A model generated the notes under the pieces. That model had not been told where the DNA came from, ran no database searches, and saw only the letters and a program-made list of their open reading frames with translations. From contig WELB01000004.1 in NCBI GenBank assembly GCA_009602725.1, positions 1,246,443-1,300,876 of the forward strand: a stretch of 54,434 nucleotides of DNA. Reading direction: 5' to 3'. Position numbers and translations under genes: made by a program. This document shows, piece after piece, positions 24,409 through 43,505 of this stretch (position 1 is the first letter of the stretch; each line of letters starts with the position of its first letter). Source of the DNA: Spirogloea muscicola (taxonomy: Eukaryota).

Positions 24409-26574
24409 ATGAGCGAGGCCGGCGGCCCGGCGAGGGTCAAGGAGGAGCTGCTGGACGATGACGAGGCGGCGGCTGGAGCCGCGGAGGACGCCGACAACGC
24501 CAGCGGCGGCGACGGCGGCGGCGGCGGTGGCAATGAGGAGGACGACGACGACGCTGCAGAGAGCTTCCAGTTCCAGGCAGCCTCTCGCAGCAATGGTGGC
24601 GGTGGCGGCGACGTGGTCAAGGACGAGGCTGAGGAGGGGCTGGGAGAAGTCTCTGGGAGGCTGGACGCTGCTGTGGAGGCGGAGGATGATGGCGACGCCG
24701 AGCAGCCGACGACCGTTGGTGGAGCCGACATTGATGGCGGGGGAGCGCTCCAGGAGGACGATGCAGAGGGGGAGGAGGAGGAGGAGGACGGGGACGAGGG
24801 CGACGAGGAGGAGCAGCAGGACGACGACGACGACGACGACGACGGCGCCGATGGCGACGACGGCCTGGACCTCTACGAGGACGTCCACCTTGGCTTCCCA
24901 CGCGTGCCGCCGCCATCGACAGAGGCTGTGAAGCTGGCCGCAGCCAGCCCGGCCGGCGCTCCTCCAGTGGCAGGCGCCGCCGCCGCCGATACTACCTCTG
25001 CATCCCCAGCCATTGGCGAAGGCGGGGGGGCTGCCCCTCAAAGCTTACAGGAGCAGCGGGCTGGGCAGGCGGCCGGCGCACGGGGCGCCGGGGCGTCCGG
25101 TGGCAGCACCGTGCTCTTTGTTGGGGAGCTCAATTGGTGGACCACGTAAATTCTGCCCTGCCTCACGGCTACTGCATGATCAATTGCCACAAATAGGCAT
25201 GTGATGGCCGACTGCTCATAACCCCTGCAGCTGCGCCTCGAGTAGTAACTCTGACTGGTGGGCAAGCTGACATTCTCGTGCTACTAGGGCACACCAGTAT
25301 CTTCGAACAAGCTAGCACAGTGGGTAAATAATACTTCCCAATCTGCTCACCCCCCCCCCCCTCCTTCTCCGAGGTGCAGTGACACCGAGCTCGAATCAGC
25401 CCTGTCCGAGTATGGACGCATTAAAAACCTCAAGTTCTTCGAGGAGAAGGCCAGCGGCAAGTGCAAGGGCTTTTGCCAGGTATTGGCCCCTGGTGCAGGT
25501 CCTGGTTGCATTCGAGCATCTGCTTGGTCGTTTGCTTTGACTAACATACGCAGGCAGAAGTCCTTGCATTAACATGGAAATACCTGTGAGATCCAAATGC
25601 ACCTTTGACGTATAAATATGTAAGTCCAAGCGAGCAGGGTTGTCAACGTGCTTGCTTTTGTTCCTCAGGTCGACTTTGAGGATGCAGCTGCAGCGAGGGC
25701 GTGCAAGGAGGGCATGCACGGCCGCTCCTTCCAGGGCCGGCCCTGCATCGTGGCCTTTGCCACCCCGCAGTCCATCAAGCAGATGGCGGCGCTGGCCGCG
25801 GGTGGGGGCCAGCAGCAAGGGTTGCAGCGCGGCAATGGGCAGGGCGCAAGGGGCAGGGCGGACCAGGGCGGGCGGGCGGGGTATGCCAAGCAAGGAGCTG
25901 CCAGCCGCAGCAGCCAGCAGTCCAGTGGCAGACTGGGAGCAGGCGGCGCTGCTGCAGCTGGCCGCGGAGGAAGGCCGCCTGGCGGCGGCGGCGTCGGTGG
26001 CGGCGGCAGAGGGCCGCTGCTGGCGGGGCCCTTCGGCCTGGGCAACCCGATGGGCCCTGCTGGCATGATGGCCGGCGGCAACTTTGACCCCGCTGCCACT
26101 GGCTTTGGACCGATGCCGGGCCGCGGCTTTGGCATGGTCATCGGCATGGGCATGTACAACCCCATGCGTGCGCCGCTGTACGGTGGCATGGCCGGCATGG
26201 CTGGGCCGCCCGCCTTCCCTCCGGGCCTGCCCGGCGTTGCGCCGCACATCAACCCCGCCTTCTTCGGGCGGGCCGGCGGCGTCGGCTTCGGCGGCGTCGG
26301 CGGCGCTGCCAACGGCGGCAGCATGGAGGCGTGGGAGAGGGAGGAGATGATGGAGCGCATGCGCCGCACCGATGACCCCGGCAGCGAGTACGGTGAGGGG
26401 AGGGTCACGCCTGAGAGAGGGTGGGGGGGTGAATGGGCCGAGGAGGCCAATGGCGATGGCAGCAGCATGTGGGACATGCAGCCTCGGGGTGGAGGCCCCA
26501 TGGGACGGCGGCACGACGGGGCTGGGGAGCCCGTCAAGCGCCGCCGCAAGGAGTCCGCGCAACTGCAGTTCTGA
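24409..26574 (+). CDS. Cleavage factor Im 68/59 kDa (CPSF6/7)-like RRM protein
   Basis: Exons 24409-25145, 25380-25479 and 25669-26574. LDLYEDVHLG, LFVGELNWWTTDTELESALSEYG..KFFEEKASGKCKGFCQVDF..ACKEGMHG..CIVAFA and PHINPAFFGR. Confidence 0.88.
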
Positions 26575-27347
26575 CCTTCCATGCTGTGCCAGCTTCCTTG
26601 CCCAGGCAGTGGTTGTGTACAAAAATCACCTTATCACAGCCCCTCAGTGAAGGATTTGTTCGCAGTCAGTGGCAGTATTGCCAAGTATTGCCAAATCACT
26701 GCAGATTGGATGCAGAAATCAACAATGATCTTATGTAGGTGTTGGCCTGCTGATGTCCACCTCCCTTTGACCTTCTCGTGCCTGACTTGGTGGTAAAAGT
26801 TTTCAAGTAAAACCCAGGACTGCTTGCACCCGTATCGCTGTTCATGGGACTGTGGTCATGTTTGGAGCTGTTTCAATGGCCACCTGTAGCATTGCTGCGT
26901 CATGCAGCAAGAGCAATGGCAACTTATGGAGCAAGGGCTGCTCTCATCATCAACCACACTAGCAGCTGGGGGCTTGCATGCTGACAGTTTCCGTTGGCCG
27001 ATGCCAGATTGAGAACATTTTCCTTGGCCCTGCTGCATGTAATATGATTGCTATGCACAGAACTCATCTGCTGGAACTGTACAGTCCAATGACAAACTTG
27101 TATGACAAGGGCAGCCTTTGCACTTTAATGACCCTGACATCGGTGTTCTTACTTGGAATCCACATAAGAGGAGTCAGTCAAACTCCAAAATCAATCAGGA
27201 GCAGAAGACTTGAAATCTAAGGTGAGCAGAAGTTTGCTTGTATGGTCAACAGTAAGATGGAAGATCTAAGTCCTACTCAACCTTATGTGGTGGAAGCGGG
27301 GAGGGCTTTGCCGTTCAAGGACAGCGCCAACTTTGCCACAGCCAGCC

Positions 27348-27610
27348 TTAGGAACCGAAGTACCATATAAGGTCCTCGTCCAAAAAGGTGTCGAGGCCAC
27401 CACCGGGAATGAGGGCCCCCAAGCTGTCCATGCCCGTATTGACGACCATGGCTCCTGCCGGCCCACCGCTGCCGTCAAGCGCACCAAGGGGGGACGCCAG
27501 CTGGTTGGACTCTGGCGAGTGGAAATGCGGCTCATCAGCCAGCGGCTGCCGGGCATCTGGCGAACTCTCCCACGCCAACTCCATAAGGCCGGCCTCCGGA
27601 TGCTGCTGCA

Positions 27611-27645
<35 letters not shown>

Positions 27646-29454
27646 TGCAGCTGGCGCTCAGTGCTGACGCAGCCGTCTCCGCTGCCGCCACCGCCGCCCT
27701 CCTCTGCAGCCAGTGCCGGCACTCCCCTGTACAGTGGCTGCTTCAGCCTGAAGCCATCCAGGCCAGCTTCATAGCTTGGTAGCGGCTGCAACCCAGTGCC
27801 AGTGGCAGCACCATGTGGAGTGTGGTATGGTGCGCCGGCGACCTCGTGGGAAGCTTCCCCAAGCTGCAGCTGCTTGGATGGCAGCAGCACCGCCAGGTCC
27901 ACGCTGGCGCCAGGAAAGCCCGACTCACCAGCCGCCGATGCCCTTGCTTGCCACGGCTGGTGCGATGCGGCTGGCGAAGGAGCCACGGGGTACGGCGCAT
28001 ATGTTGGCTGGTGGCTGAAGAAGACCGGGCTGGCGGCATCGTGCAAGCTGCCACTGTACACGGCCAGAGGGTGCACGACAACGCCGCCGCCGCCGCGGCC
28101 GCTAGCGCCGGCTCCGTGATTGTATGCTGGGTGCGGCAAGTGCAGCTGCTGCTGGAAGCTGCTGGCACCAATGCCGGCCCGGTGCACGGGGGCGTACGGG
28201 CACGCGCTCTGGTGCGCTGCGCACGACGGCTGATCTTGGAAGCTGCGCTGCCAGCTGTGGTGGGGGCAGCCCTCATGCGGGCACACAAATAGCAGCTGCT
28301 GATGGCCCGTCGTCGCTACGGCTGGCCGGCTGGATGCAGCGGCGCCCGGAAGAGCCGCCGCTGGACGAGCTCCTGGGACCCCCTGCGCCTGTGCTTGCAC
28401 AGTGGCGCTGCCATCTTCGTGGGCTGTTTGTTGCCGCCGCTGCTCGCCGACCTGCATGGCCCTCCCCAGCAGGACCTCTCGGCGCCGCTTCCCTGCCCTC
28501 TGTGCCTCTCCGACCTCGCGTGCGGCAGACATTGGAGATGTTCCCCAGCCGCCCACCTGCTCCGCTGCGCCGCTGCTGGAGTCGCTGCTGCTGGCGGCAA
28601 GGTCCGCACTGCCACTGCCAAGGGCTGCCGCTCCGCCAACGTCATACTCATTGGGACTGTTGTCAGCCGTGCTGCTCTCGCCCTTGGGTGCTAAGATGAC
28701 TGTCGACGCCGAGGGCTGCGGGCGGCGCCGTGCCGCGCTCGCCTCTTCCTGCTGCAGCACGGCCAGCCACGTAGCGCTCTCGCGTGCTGTCATCTTGTCC
28801 TGCGCAAGCGAGCCACAACTATCCTGTTTTGGCAATGGACCAGGCGAGCTCACTCCAAAGTGATAGAAGTGCAATTTTTCTACATTGCAATCACTAGTAG
28901 GATAGCTGACACTCACCTGGAGGCACTTCGACTGGCGGACAAGGCGCCGGATGTTGGCTATGTCAGGCGACATGTGCTTGATGACTGCGGTGAGGACGCA
29001 GACCTTCCACGCCTTCTTCAGGTCGTGCGGTTTGCGATATGGCGGCGCCTCTTCACCGGGCGCAAGTCCGAGCTGTGCCACCATGCAACGAGCCTCAGGC
29101 AAATATCAGCAGCCACTTGCATTTAAGCAATCAGAATTTGTGCTTGCCAAAGGAGACGCCAATGCTGGCTCACAAGCCCATTGAGTTGCTCGATTGAAAA
29201 GCACCTCGCTCCACCAGCACTCCCTGCCGGTGGGCCACCACGGCGGCGCCTGGCCCTTCTCCAGCGGGTACCGCCGTTGTGGCGGCTGGCAGTGCTGCAT
29301 TAGTGCTGAGAGCAGAGATCCCAGAGTCGTGTCCTGCGGAGGCCAGCCAACATTTCCACTACGTTAAGGGAGCACCGGAAGGTGCTGCTCAGCAGATTTC
29401 CTGTCTCTCTCTCTTTGTCAGAATCCCCCCCCCCTCCCCACCTCCCTCCCTACC

Positions 29455-29491
<37 letters not shown>

Positions 29492-30465
29492 AGCCCTTAC
29501 GCACGCCCTCACCTTCCTCTTCCCCCTCACTAAAACTCCAATTTTACCCCCCTACTCTGCCCCTCATTCTCACTCTCCCCCTCTCGCTGCCGCTATCACT
29601 AGCCAAGGTGCTGATTGCTAATGTACCTGTAGATCGGTCAGCGAGCCCGCCGTGTGAGTGTCCACCTCGACGCTCTCGCGCTTCACGCCACCCGGTGCAC
29701 GCTCGGCCTGGTACTGTGCCATCGCCGCTGGCCCATTGCGGTCAAAGCGCACCTGCATCTTGAGGCCACAGCCAGATCCCACTTATCCCATGGCATGTAC
29801 TTAAAGAAGCAGAAATAGATATCTAAGGTTTAGGATTAAGCAAGCATAATGTCCGCGAGCCCGAGCTCTCGGGGTGAGTCCTGTGCAGGAGGCGGGAGTA
29901 GCACCTTGTCCTTCCACCAGGCGCGGAGGTTCTCGGAGGAGCCGCCGACGGGCTTGCCCTTCTCAGGGATGATGCCGTACACGAAGCCCTGCGCCTTGCA
30001 CACCTCCATCATCTTGAGCATGTACTTGAGGATGCCGTCGTGCGCCCGCGACATCTTCTTCCTGCACAATGGCAGCATCATTGGCGCTAAGCTGACCCCC
30101 GCAGACGAACGGTCATCAATCGCATGACAGGGCAGCACCGACACAAGCAGCCGGCTGCTGCGGCGGCGGCGACGACGGCGGCACCTGCGGGCCTGCTCCT
30201 GGGATTGCTTATGCCGGGGCTGCTCCAGCTGCGCCGCCAGCGGGCCGCGCAGGCGCTGCAGCTCCCGGAGGCGCCGGAGCTTGGCGCTGTCGCGCGACAT
30301 GCGGCGCTCCAGGCCGTCGGCGTCCATGCCGTCGTCCTCCTCGTGGCCTACGTCCTCGTCCATGTCGCCGTCGCCGTCGCCAGCACCGTTCAGCGCAGCG
30401 GGGCCTCCCACGCCGTCGTCCTCGTCGTCCTCCACGAGAGCGGCCAGCCCAGTGCTGGCCGCCAT
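27348..30465 (-). CDS. EIN3: EIN3/EIL ethylene-signalling transcription factor, 6 exons
   Basis: [125 protein letters not shown] and C-terminal DLIWYFGS. Confidence 0.96.
27601..27651 (-). repeat. (CAG)n polyglutamine tract in EIN3
   Basis: (CTG)n on the plus strand; translated [18 protein letters not shown]. Confidence 0.9.
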
Positions 30466-30813
30466 GGCCGCCGCCGGTGGAGGCGCTGCCCGCTCAGGGC
30501 CGCCCTGCGGGCGTTAGCGGCCGCCGCCGCAGCGGCGCGGCGTCCGGCGCCGAGCCCTCGCCGCCGCCGTCCGTCGCCGCGGCCCAGCGTCTGGCTGCCG
30601 CCGCGGCCGCCGCCGGCNNNNNNNNNNNNNNNNNCGCCGCCCAGCATGGCGGCACCGCGCCGTGCCCGGTCGACGGGCGGCGGGCCTGCGAGAGCCGCGG
30701 TAGCGGCGGCGGCGGCGGCGGTGGCAACGACAGCGGCGGTGGCGGCGGCAATGGCGATGGCGTCGGCGGCTGCGGCCGGGGTCCAGCGGCGAGGAGGGAG
30801 GAGGCGGGGGGAA

Positions 30814-30960
30814 AGCGGCTGCTGATATGAAAGAATCGGCTGTGAAATGCCAGCCAGATGCATACAGGTGTTCATGACGGAGCCAAAGGCTAGGCAGACA
30901 GGGCGCCCTCAATACCCCCGTGTCAGCAGTAAGAAGTCAGATGAGCTGAGAAGGGGGGGG
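30814..30960 (-). mobile_element. Short retroelement 3' end, subfamily A, upstream of EIN3
   Basis: LSSSDFLLLTRGY* plus UTR; near-identical to the reverse complement of 24027-24163. Confidence 0.92.
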
Positions 30961-31776
30961 GGAGGGCGCGGTGCTCTGTATCTGGCCTCCTTCCTGAGGG
31001 GGGCCGAACCTGGCCTGGAGAGCAAACAGCCCACCGAACGGGACGACGACGCCCGCTTATAACTGTGCAACCCCATGTCGTGCCTAAGGAAATCTGAGAG
31101 ATATAGATTGGCGTCCGATAGACAGCACATTGCACATCAATACTGCCAAATAAAGCGCAGCGGAAGACTTGCCCTGTGAAGCCGCTGCAAAGCAGCGGCT
31201 CCACCTCGTAGGCACTCGCTGCAGACTTGCCTCCAGCGGGACGCTGCCACGGTCTCCACAGCGAGCCGGCAGCGAGCAGCGCGGCAGCGGTGTGCAAGCA
31301 GCAGGCAGCAGCAGTAGGGCTGCGCGCCTCTCTCGCAGAGCTTCACTGACTCTCGACCTCCGGTCTGGCCTCTGCTCTCTGCTTCCTGTGAATGCTGATT
31401 GGTGCATCAGACAGGGTGCAGAAGAGAACAGTCTCTTAGCACCACCCAAAAGTTAACCCTGCAGGCTGTGCAGCAATTGGCTCTACTGTGTACAACAGGC
31501 AGACCGCCACGTGGTGCTTGCTCCCTCTTATCCTCACAACAGCTTCCTAAAGAAATTATCCCAGCTCGACCTGCCGGTGCTGACCCATGATTTTTGAGCG
31601 GGTCGGCTAAGCAGCAGGTGATGTACATCTGTACACGTGCTTGTGCTGGTACTTGGCCAATGAGGCCTCCAACGCTAAATACACATTATTTTCGGCCCCT
31701 GCCACCCCCCTCCCAATGCCACCACCCTGCCCTCCCCTTCCCATCGTCCTCCAAAGCGTAGCCCAGAGGCAAATCG

Positions 31777-34700
31777 CTAGGCTTCCTTGTCCTTTGCATC
31801 AGCACCACTTAGACAGCCTCCTAAGAAGCCCTGGAAGTAATCCTGCGGCTCAGACACGAAGCAAGATATGATATCTCGAAGAGTGACGACACCTATCAGG
31901 CTGTTGTCATCCCTCACTACGTGCACGCGGTGGATGTTGTTGGTCACCAACTTTTCAATGACGTCGGCCAGTGTATCCGTCTGCAAGCACGTGATGGGTG
32001 GTGATAGAAGTGGTGGAATGGCATCCTTTGATGGGTCGGCAGGTAAGCTTGTAACGATCTTTACAAAGTCCATTACAGTCAATTCTCTGCACCATCATCA
32101 GCAAAAGAAGTGAAGGTCAGTGCCCAGTCAGATGCCACTGGTTAACGACCTATCACTACTTGATACAATTGTCCAAGAGCTGCCAGCTTGTTGTAGGGAA
32201 GAACAGATAGCAAAGAGCAAGAGTTGGATGCAAATATGAAAGAAGGGCTGGATGCATATCTCACTCTTTGGGAACAACACTTTGATTGAGAGATATGCAA
32301 AGGCAGACTCCACAGAACACAGACTGCAATAATTGGCTTCTCCATATGCCCATCTGCTAGATATGTTAAGGCCATTCTCTTACTCCAGTATTACTCACTT
32401 GCGACGAGCAAAGAGGTCTGGTTGGAGTAAAAGATAGCGCGAATCTCTGGTACTGATGTTTCCAATGAGTTTCTGGTGAGTATCGACCACCGGAATACCC
32501 CCAATCTCTTTCTCGTGCATCAATATGAACGCCTCCAGAGCCAACTTGTCTCCCTCAACAGCAACAACCTGCACAATACAGTGACCAGCATTAGTGATGC
32601 TCAGTTATCAACTCCACTCCTAATGACATTGCTTGGAGCTTTTGACATTTTCACAACTTCAAAGTGACCCTTCATTTGCAACCAGCACGTCACGCTGCCC
32701 ACCACAAGTCCTCCTCAACAGGAAACGGTATGGACAATTTTACCTAAGGACCAGCTTCTAACTACAACCTACAACATTGAGCCGTTTGAAGCTGACCACT
32801 TACTGGCAACTGCTTGGCGCCTCTGCTTGGCGCCTAAGCTGTAAACCCTACACCATGCAGTGATTGTGGCATGTGCAATGTTGAGGGGAGGTAGATGCCT
32901 ACCTGAGCTGGTGCCATGACTGGAAGTCCTAGGTCTTCAACAGCCCTGCTGGCTATGGAGTCAAACCACGCGAATCCCGTGCATCGTGCAAGGCCCCTGA
33001 TTACTGATGATTGTGTCACCAGATTGTTTACCTGAAGATCATAAGCAGAGACTTCATCAAGTCAATCCAAGCAAAGCAATAAATCCAGCCTTCAGCCAGA
33101 TCTGTACCACTGCACATTGCAGTGGTCCATGTAATTGTCAGTTGCTGCCATCGCTGCGCAGCCTGAGTATGGATTTCGTGGAGCATGGAGTATCATCAGA
33201 TTATGGGCAAGGCATTTCTGAAGCTAAACCCTTGGCTCATGGCAGTCCAAGATCAGGCCATGGTACTGTCCAACTGAGGCACGACTTTCGGCAGGTCTTG
33301 CCTACGTGCTGATGGAATCAATGACAGGAATGCTTCGAAGTCGATATTTGGACAGCAGAAGCAAGGCTGTCAACATTGAATCATCTGCTTGCATTGGCAG
33401 GAAAGGGGCCCATCTGTAGCTTTTAGTGATTTCTGAGACCTGACAACAGAATTTCATTGCCTCAGATTGCATGACGAGGACGTACGCCAAAGAAAAGCAT
33501 CTGTTATTCAACACAATATGCACTAATGATCAAACACCATGTAAATGTTGCACAATTGCAGGCGTCTCTGCAGCTGCACACCTTAGTTACAAGCTGAGAG
33601 AACAGCTGACCAAAGGCGTCACTGTGTGCACCTTGGTTGACTTGAAGGGCTCTTCTCGAAGGATGACCTTGTAGAAGTCGTTGCCCAATGCATCTGCCGC
33701 ATGCTGAGGGCCTTGACCAACCCCACGTTCTGCTGCCACGCCCCCACAACGGCTGCCCCTACTGCAGCCACGGTGAGGCCTGCTACAGCAATAGGGCCAG
33801 TCATGCCCAGCGTCACAGCACCCAAAGCTCCCAGTGCTCCAGGTCCAACACCAGCCGCAGCCGCGCTGCCTGTGCAAAGTAAACAGACGATCTTACTGAG
33901 CACTCATTGACATCGCCATAATGTCTCTACTCATTGGCAGCAGATTTTTGCCAAGGTGTTAGGAGCGCATCTTGTTTGAGCCTAAGCAGGGGCCAAACCG
34001 TTCAACAAGTTACTTGGAACGCTCCTATGTAGAAGAAGTGCCATTTAAGGCAATGTCCTTCCTGCTTTCCCCTTGATGCCATCTACATTGCAAAGCTTAA
34101 GCTTTAGCCTATGCAATTTTACATCATGAAATCAGGAGGCTACAGTATGTTGTGTAGAATCACCGACCTGCAGCAAGAGCAGCTGCTGCCAGCTCAGCTT
34201 GTTTTAGAACCCACACCACAATAGCAGGGAAGTCAACCATTCCTGCAAAGGGGACACTTCCGCTCAGACCAGCATCCCTGCAATGAAAGCCGTCCAATAT
34301 TCTCGGCCACAAGCGAGGGAGAGCTTGACAATTACGAAGCACTGGTGTGTGCGCGACAGGCTAGTCGCCGTATGTATCTGAATCGTCTCCCAACTTGTGC
34401 CAACCGTCAGGAGAGCTTGTGTGCTCAATCTTACGGTAAGCACAGAAACTCATGCACTCGTCCTCTGCATAGATTCATTGTGATACTCATTCTGCTCACC
34501 CAGGTACCGCTCCGTCCAGCTGGTTCTTGCGGAAGCCGCCACGTCTCTCACAGGAGCAGACAAGACGTTGTTCTCGGAGAGAAGCACCACTGCCTCCGAG
34601 ATTGTCGCATCCGACGGGACCTCTACGACTGCAGGAACAAGCGTACACAAGTCATGCCTGTGAAACCCGTCCAAGAGCTACTACATGGACTCAAGCAGAA

Positions 34701-35050
34701 AATTAACGACGACATAATCAGAACCAGCAAGTGAGCGCCTGATGCAGGCAGTCTCCACTTTATCGCTCTTTGCATGCATTTCTAAAGGGAACTGAAGCTC
34801 CGGGAGCGAGCCATGATGTGCGGCGGGGTACCAACAGTCGGGAAGCAGCGCGGGAATGGCTCAGCAGAAGGCTCGAGGTCGGGCTTCACCCTTGCCGAGG
34901 TGCATGCTGGGGAAGGTGGATATGGGGATCTTGGTGAAGGCTGAGTTGAGGAGCTGGTGCACAGCCGGCGGCAAGCCGCGGCCGCCCCCGGCCCGGTGCT
35001 GGCTCCACAGCTCCTCAATGCGCTCCCGCACGCCCGCGCCGCCGTCGTCA

Positions 35051-35083
<33 letters not shown>
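31777..35083 (-). CDS. SNF1-related kinase regulatory subunit gamma-like CBS-domain protein; start in gap, one apparent frameshift
   Basis: LNSAFTKIPISTFP, LSENNVLSAPVRD, YLGMVDFPAIVVWVLKQAELAA, DFYKVILREEPFKSTK, SYRWAPFLP, LLLLSKYRLRSIPV and IHRVHVV..GVVTLRDIISCFVSEP. Confidence 0.88.
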
Positions 35084-35139
<56 letters not shown>

Positions 35140-35293
35140 NNNNNNNNNNNNNNNNNNNNNNNNNNNNNNNNNNNNNNNNNNNNNNNNNNNNNNNNNNNNN
35201 NNNNNNNNNNNNNNNNNNNNNNNNNNNNNNNNNNNNNNNNNNNNNNNNNNNNNNNNNNNNNNNNNNNNNNNNNNNNNNNNNNNNNNNNNNNNN

Positions 35294-40820
<5,527 letters not shown>

Positions 40821-41706
40821 TTAGCGCAGGTCTTGATAACGCATTGCTAGCCCTCCCACACCAAGGTTGGTCAGAAAGCAGACGGATGGTGCAAGCTGCA
40901 GGTATCATTGCCTGATTGTTGCACCTCTCTTTGACATAGCTATTTAGAACTCCCCCTCAGCTAAGTATGAGGTTGCCAACTGGCTGTTGGAGTCAACACC
41001 CCCCATTCTTTTATCAGTGAGATAGTAGCTGCTATACATTGCAGTGTTTAGCTGCTGTACAGATTGTACAGGGTCAGGGTTTGCCTACACCCTAAGTGTC
41101 TTTGCAACCTGCAGTAGCACAAGCATTAGACTGACAGCAAGACACTCGGCTTGCTGTCCTATCCCACCATTCTTTCACTTCAATGCCTGGCAATATTGAC
41201 AACCATTGATAAGATTATGCATTTGTAGCATGCAGACAACACGGAGAGCTTGCAAGTGCATCCTAGTTTTGGGAATGGGACATGAACAGGCACATGAGCT
41301 ACTGGGCGAGGCTTGTCATTGCCCAGGGCTGCAGGAGCCATATGTACAGGTTGGCCCATTTAGACCAGAGTTTAGCAGTTACTAATTTGGTCGGTGCAGA
41401 GCGTGCACCAAGAATATGAAGCAGCTGCCCTCAAAAGAGTCCTGTGACCCAATGGCGTGACCACAGAGTAGACTTTTGGTCAAGATTAAGCTAGGGCACT
41501 AGCGCAGGTCTACTGGTGCTCTCTAGTGCACTTGCCTGTGTGCGACAATGGAATGCAGGGTTGTGTCACACATCAGTGGCAACTAACGGGGGAGCCAGCT
41601 GCGTGTCTGATGACTGTGGCTGGCCCAGTAATGCTAAGAGATGGAAATTGTGAGCAGGAGACCAAAGACATTCACGGCTCTCCCACTTCAGCACCTATGT
41701 TGCGTG

Positions 41707-42964
<1,258 letters not shown>

Positions 42965-43505
42965 GGCGCCGCCGCCGCCGCCGCCGTCATAGGGCCTCCA
43001 GCGGCGCACGGCGCCACCGCCGGCGCTGCGAGCTCAGCGCCATGGCCGCCGCCACCGCCGCCGCCGCCGNNNNNNNNNNNNNNNNNNNNNNNNNNNNNNN
43101 NNNNNNNNNNNNNNNNNNNNNNNNNNNNNNNNNNNNNNNNNNNNNNNNNNNNNNNNNNNNNNNNNNNNNNNNNNNNNNNNNNNNNNNNNNNNNNNNNNNN
43201 NNNNNNNNNNNNNNNNNNNNNNNNNNNNNNNNNNNNNNNNNNNNNNNNNNNNNNNNNNNNNNNNNNNNNNNNNNNNNNNNNNNNNNNNNNNNNNNNNNNN
43301 NNNNNNNNNNNNNNNNNNNNNNNNNNNNNNNNNNNNNNNNNNNNNNNNNNNNNNNNNNNNNNNNNNNNNNNNNNNNNNNNNNNNNNNNNNNNNNNNNNNN
43401 NNNNNNNNNNNNNNNNNNNNNNNNNNNNNNNNNNNNNNNNNNNNNNNNNNNNNNNNNNNNNNNNNNNNNNNNNNNNNNNNNNNNNNNNNNNNNNNNNNNN
43501 NNNNN

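Noticed and set aside
24132..28863. Many long antisense or alternative-frame ORFs over CFIm68 and EIN3
   Set aside because: Shadow ORFs caused by high GC and stop-codon scarcity; no recognisable domains.
30960..31460. Short ORFs between the EIN3-proximal element and the KINgamma 3' end
   Set aside because: No recognisable motif or consistent splice chain.
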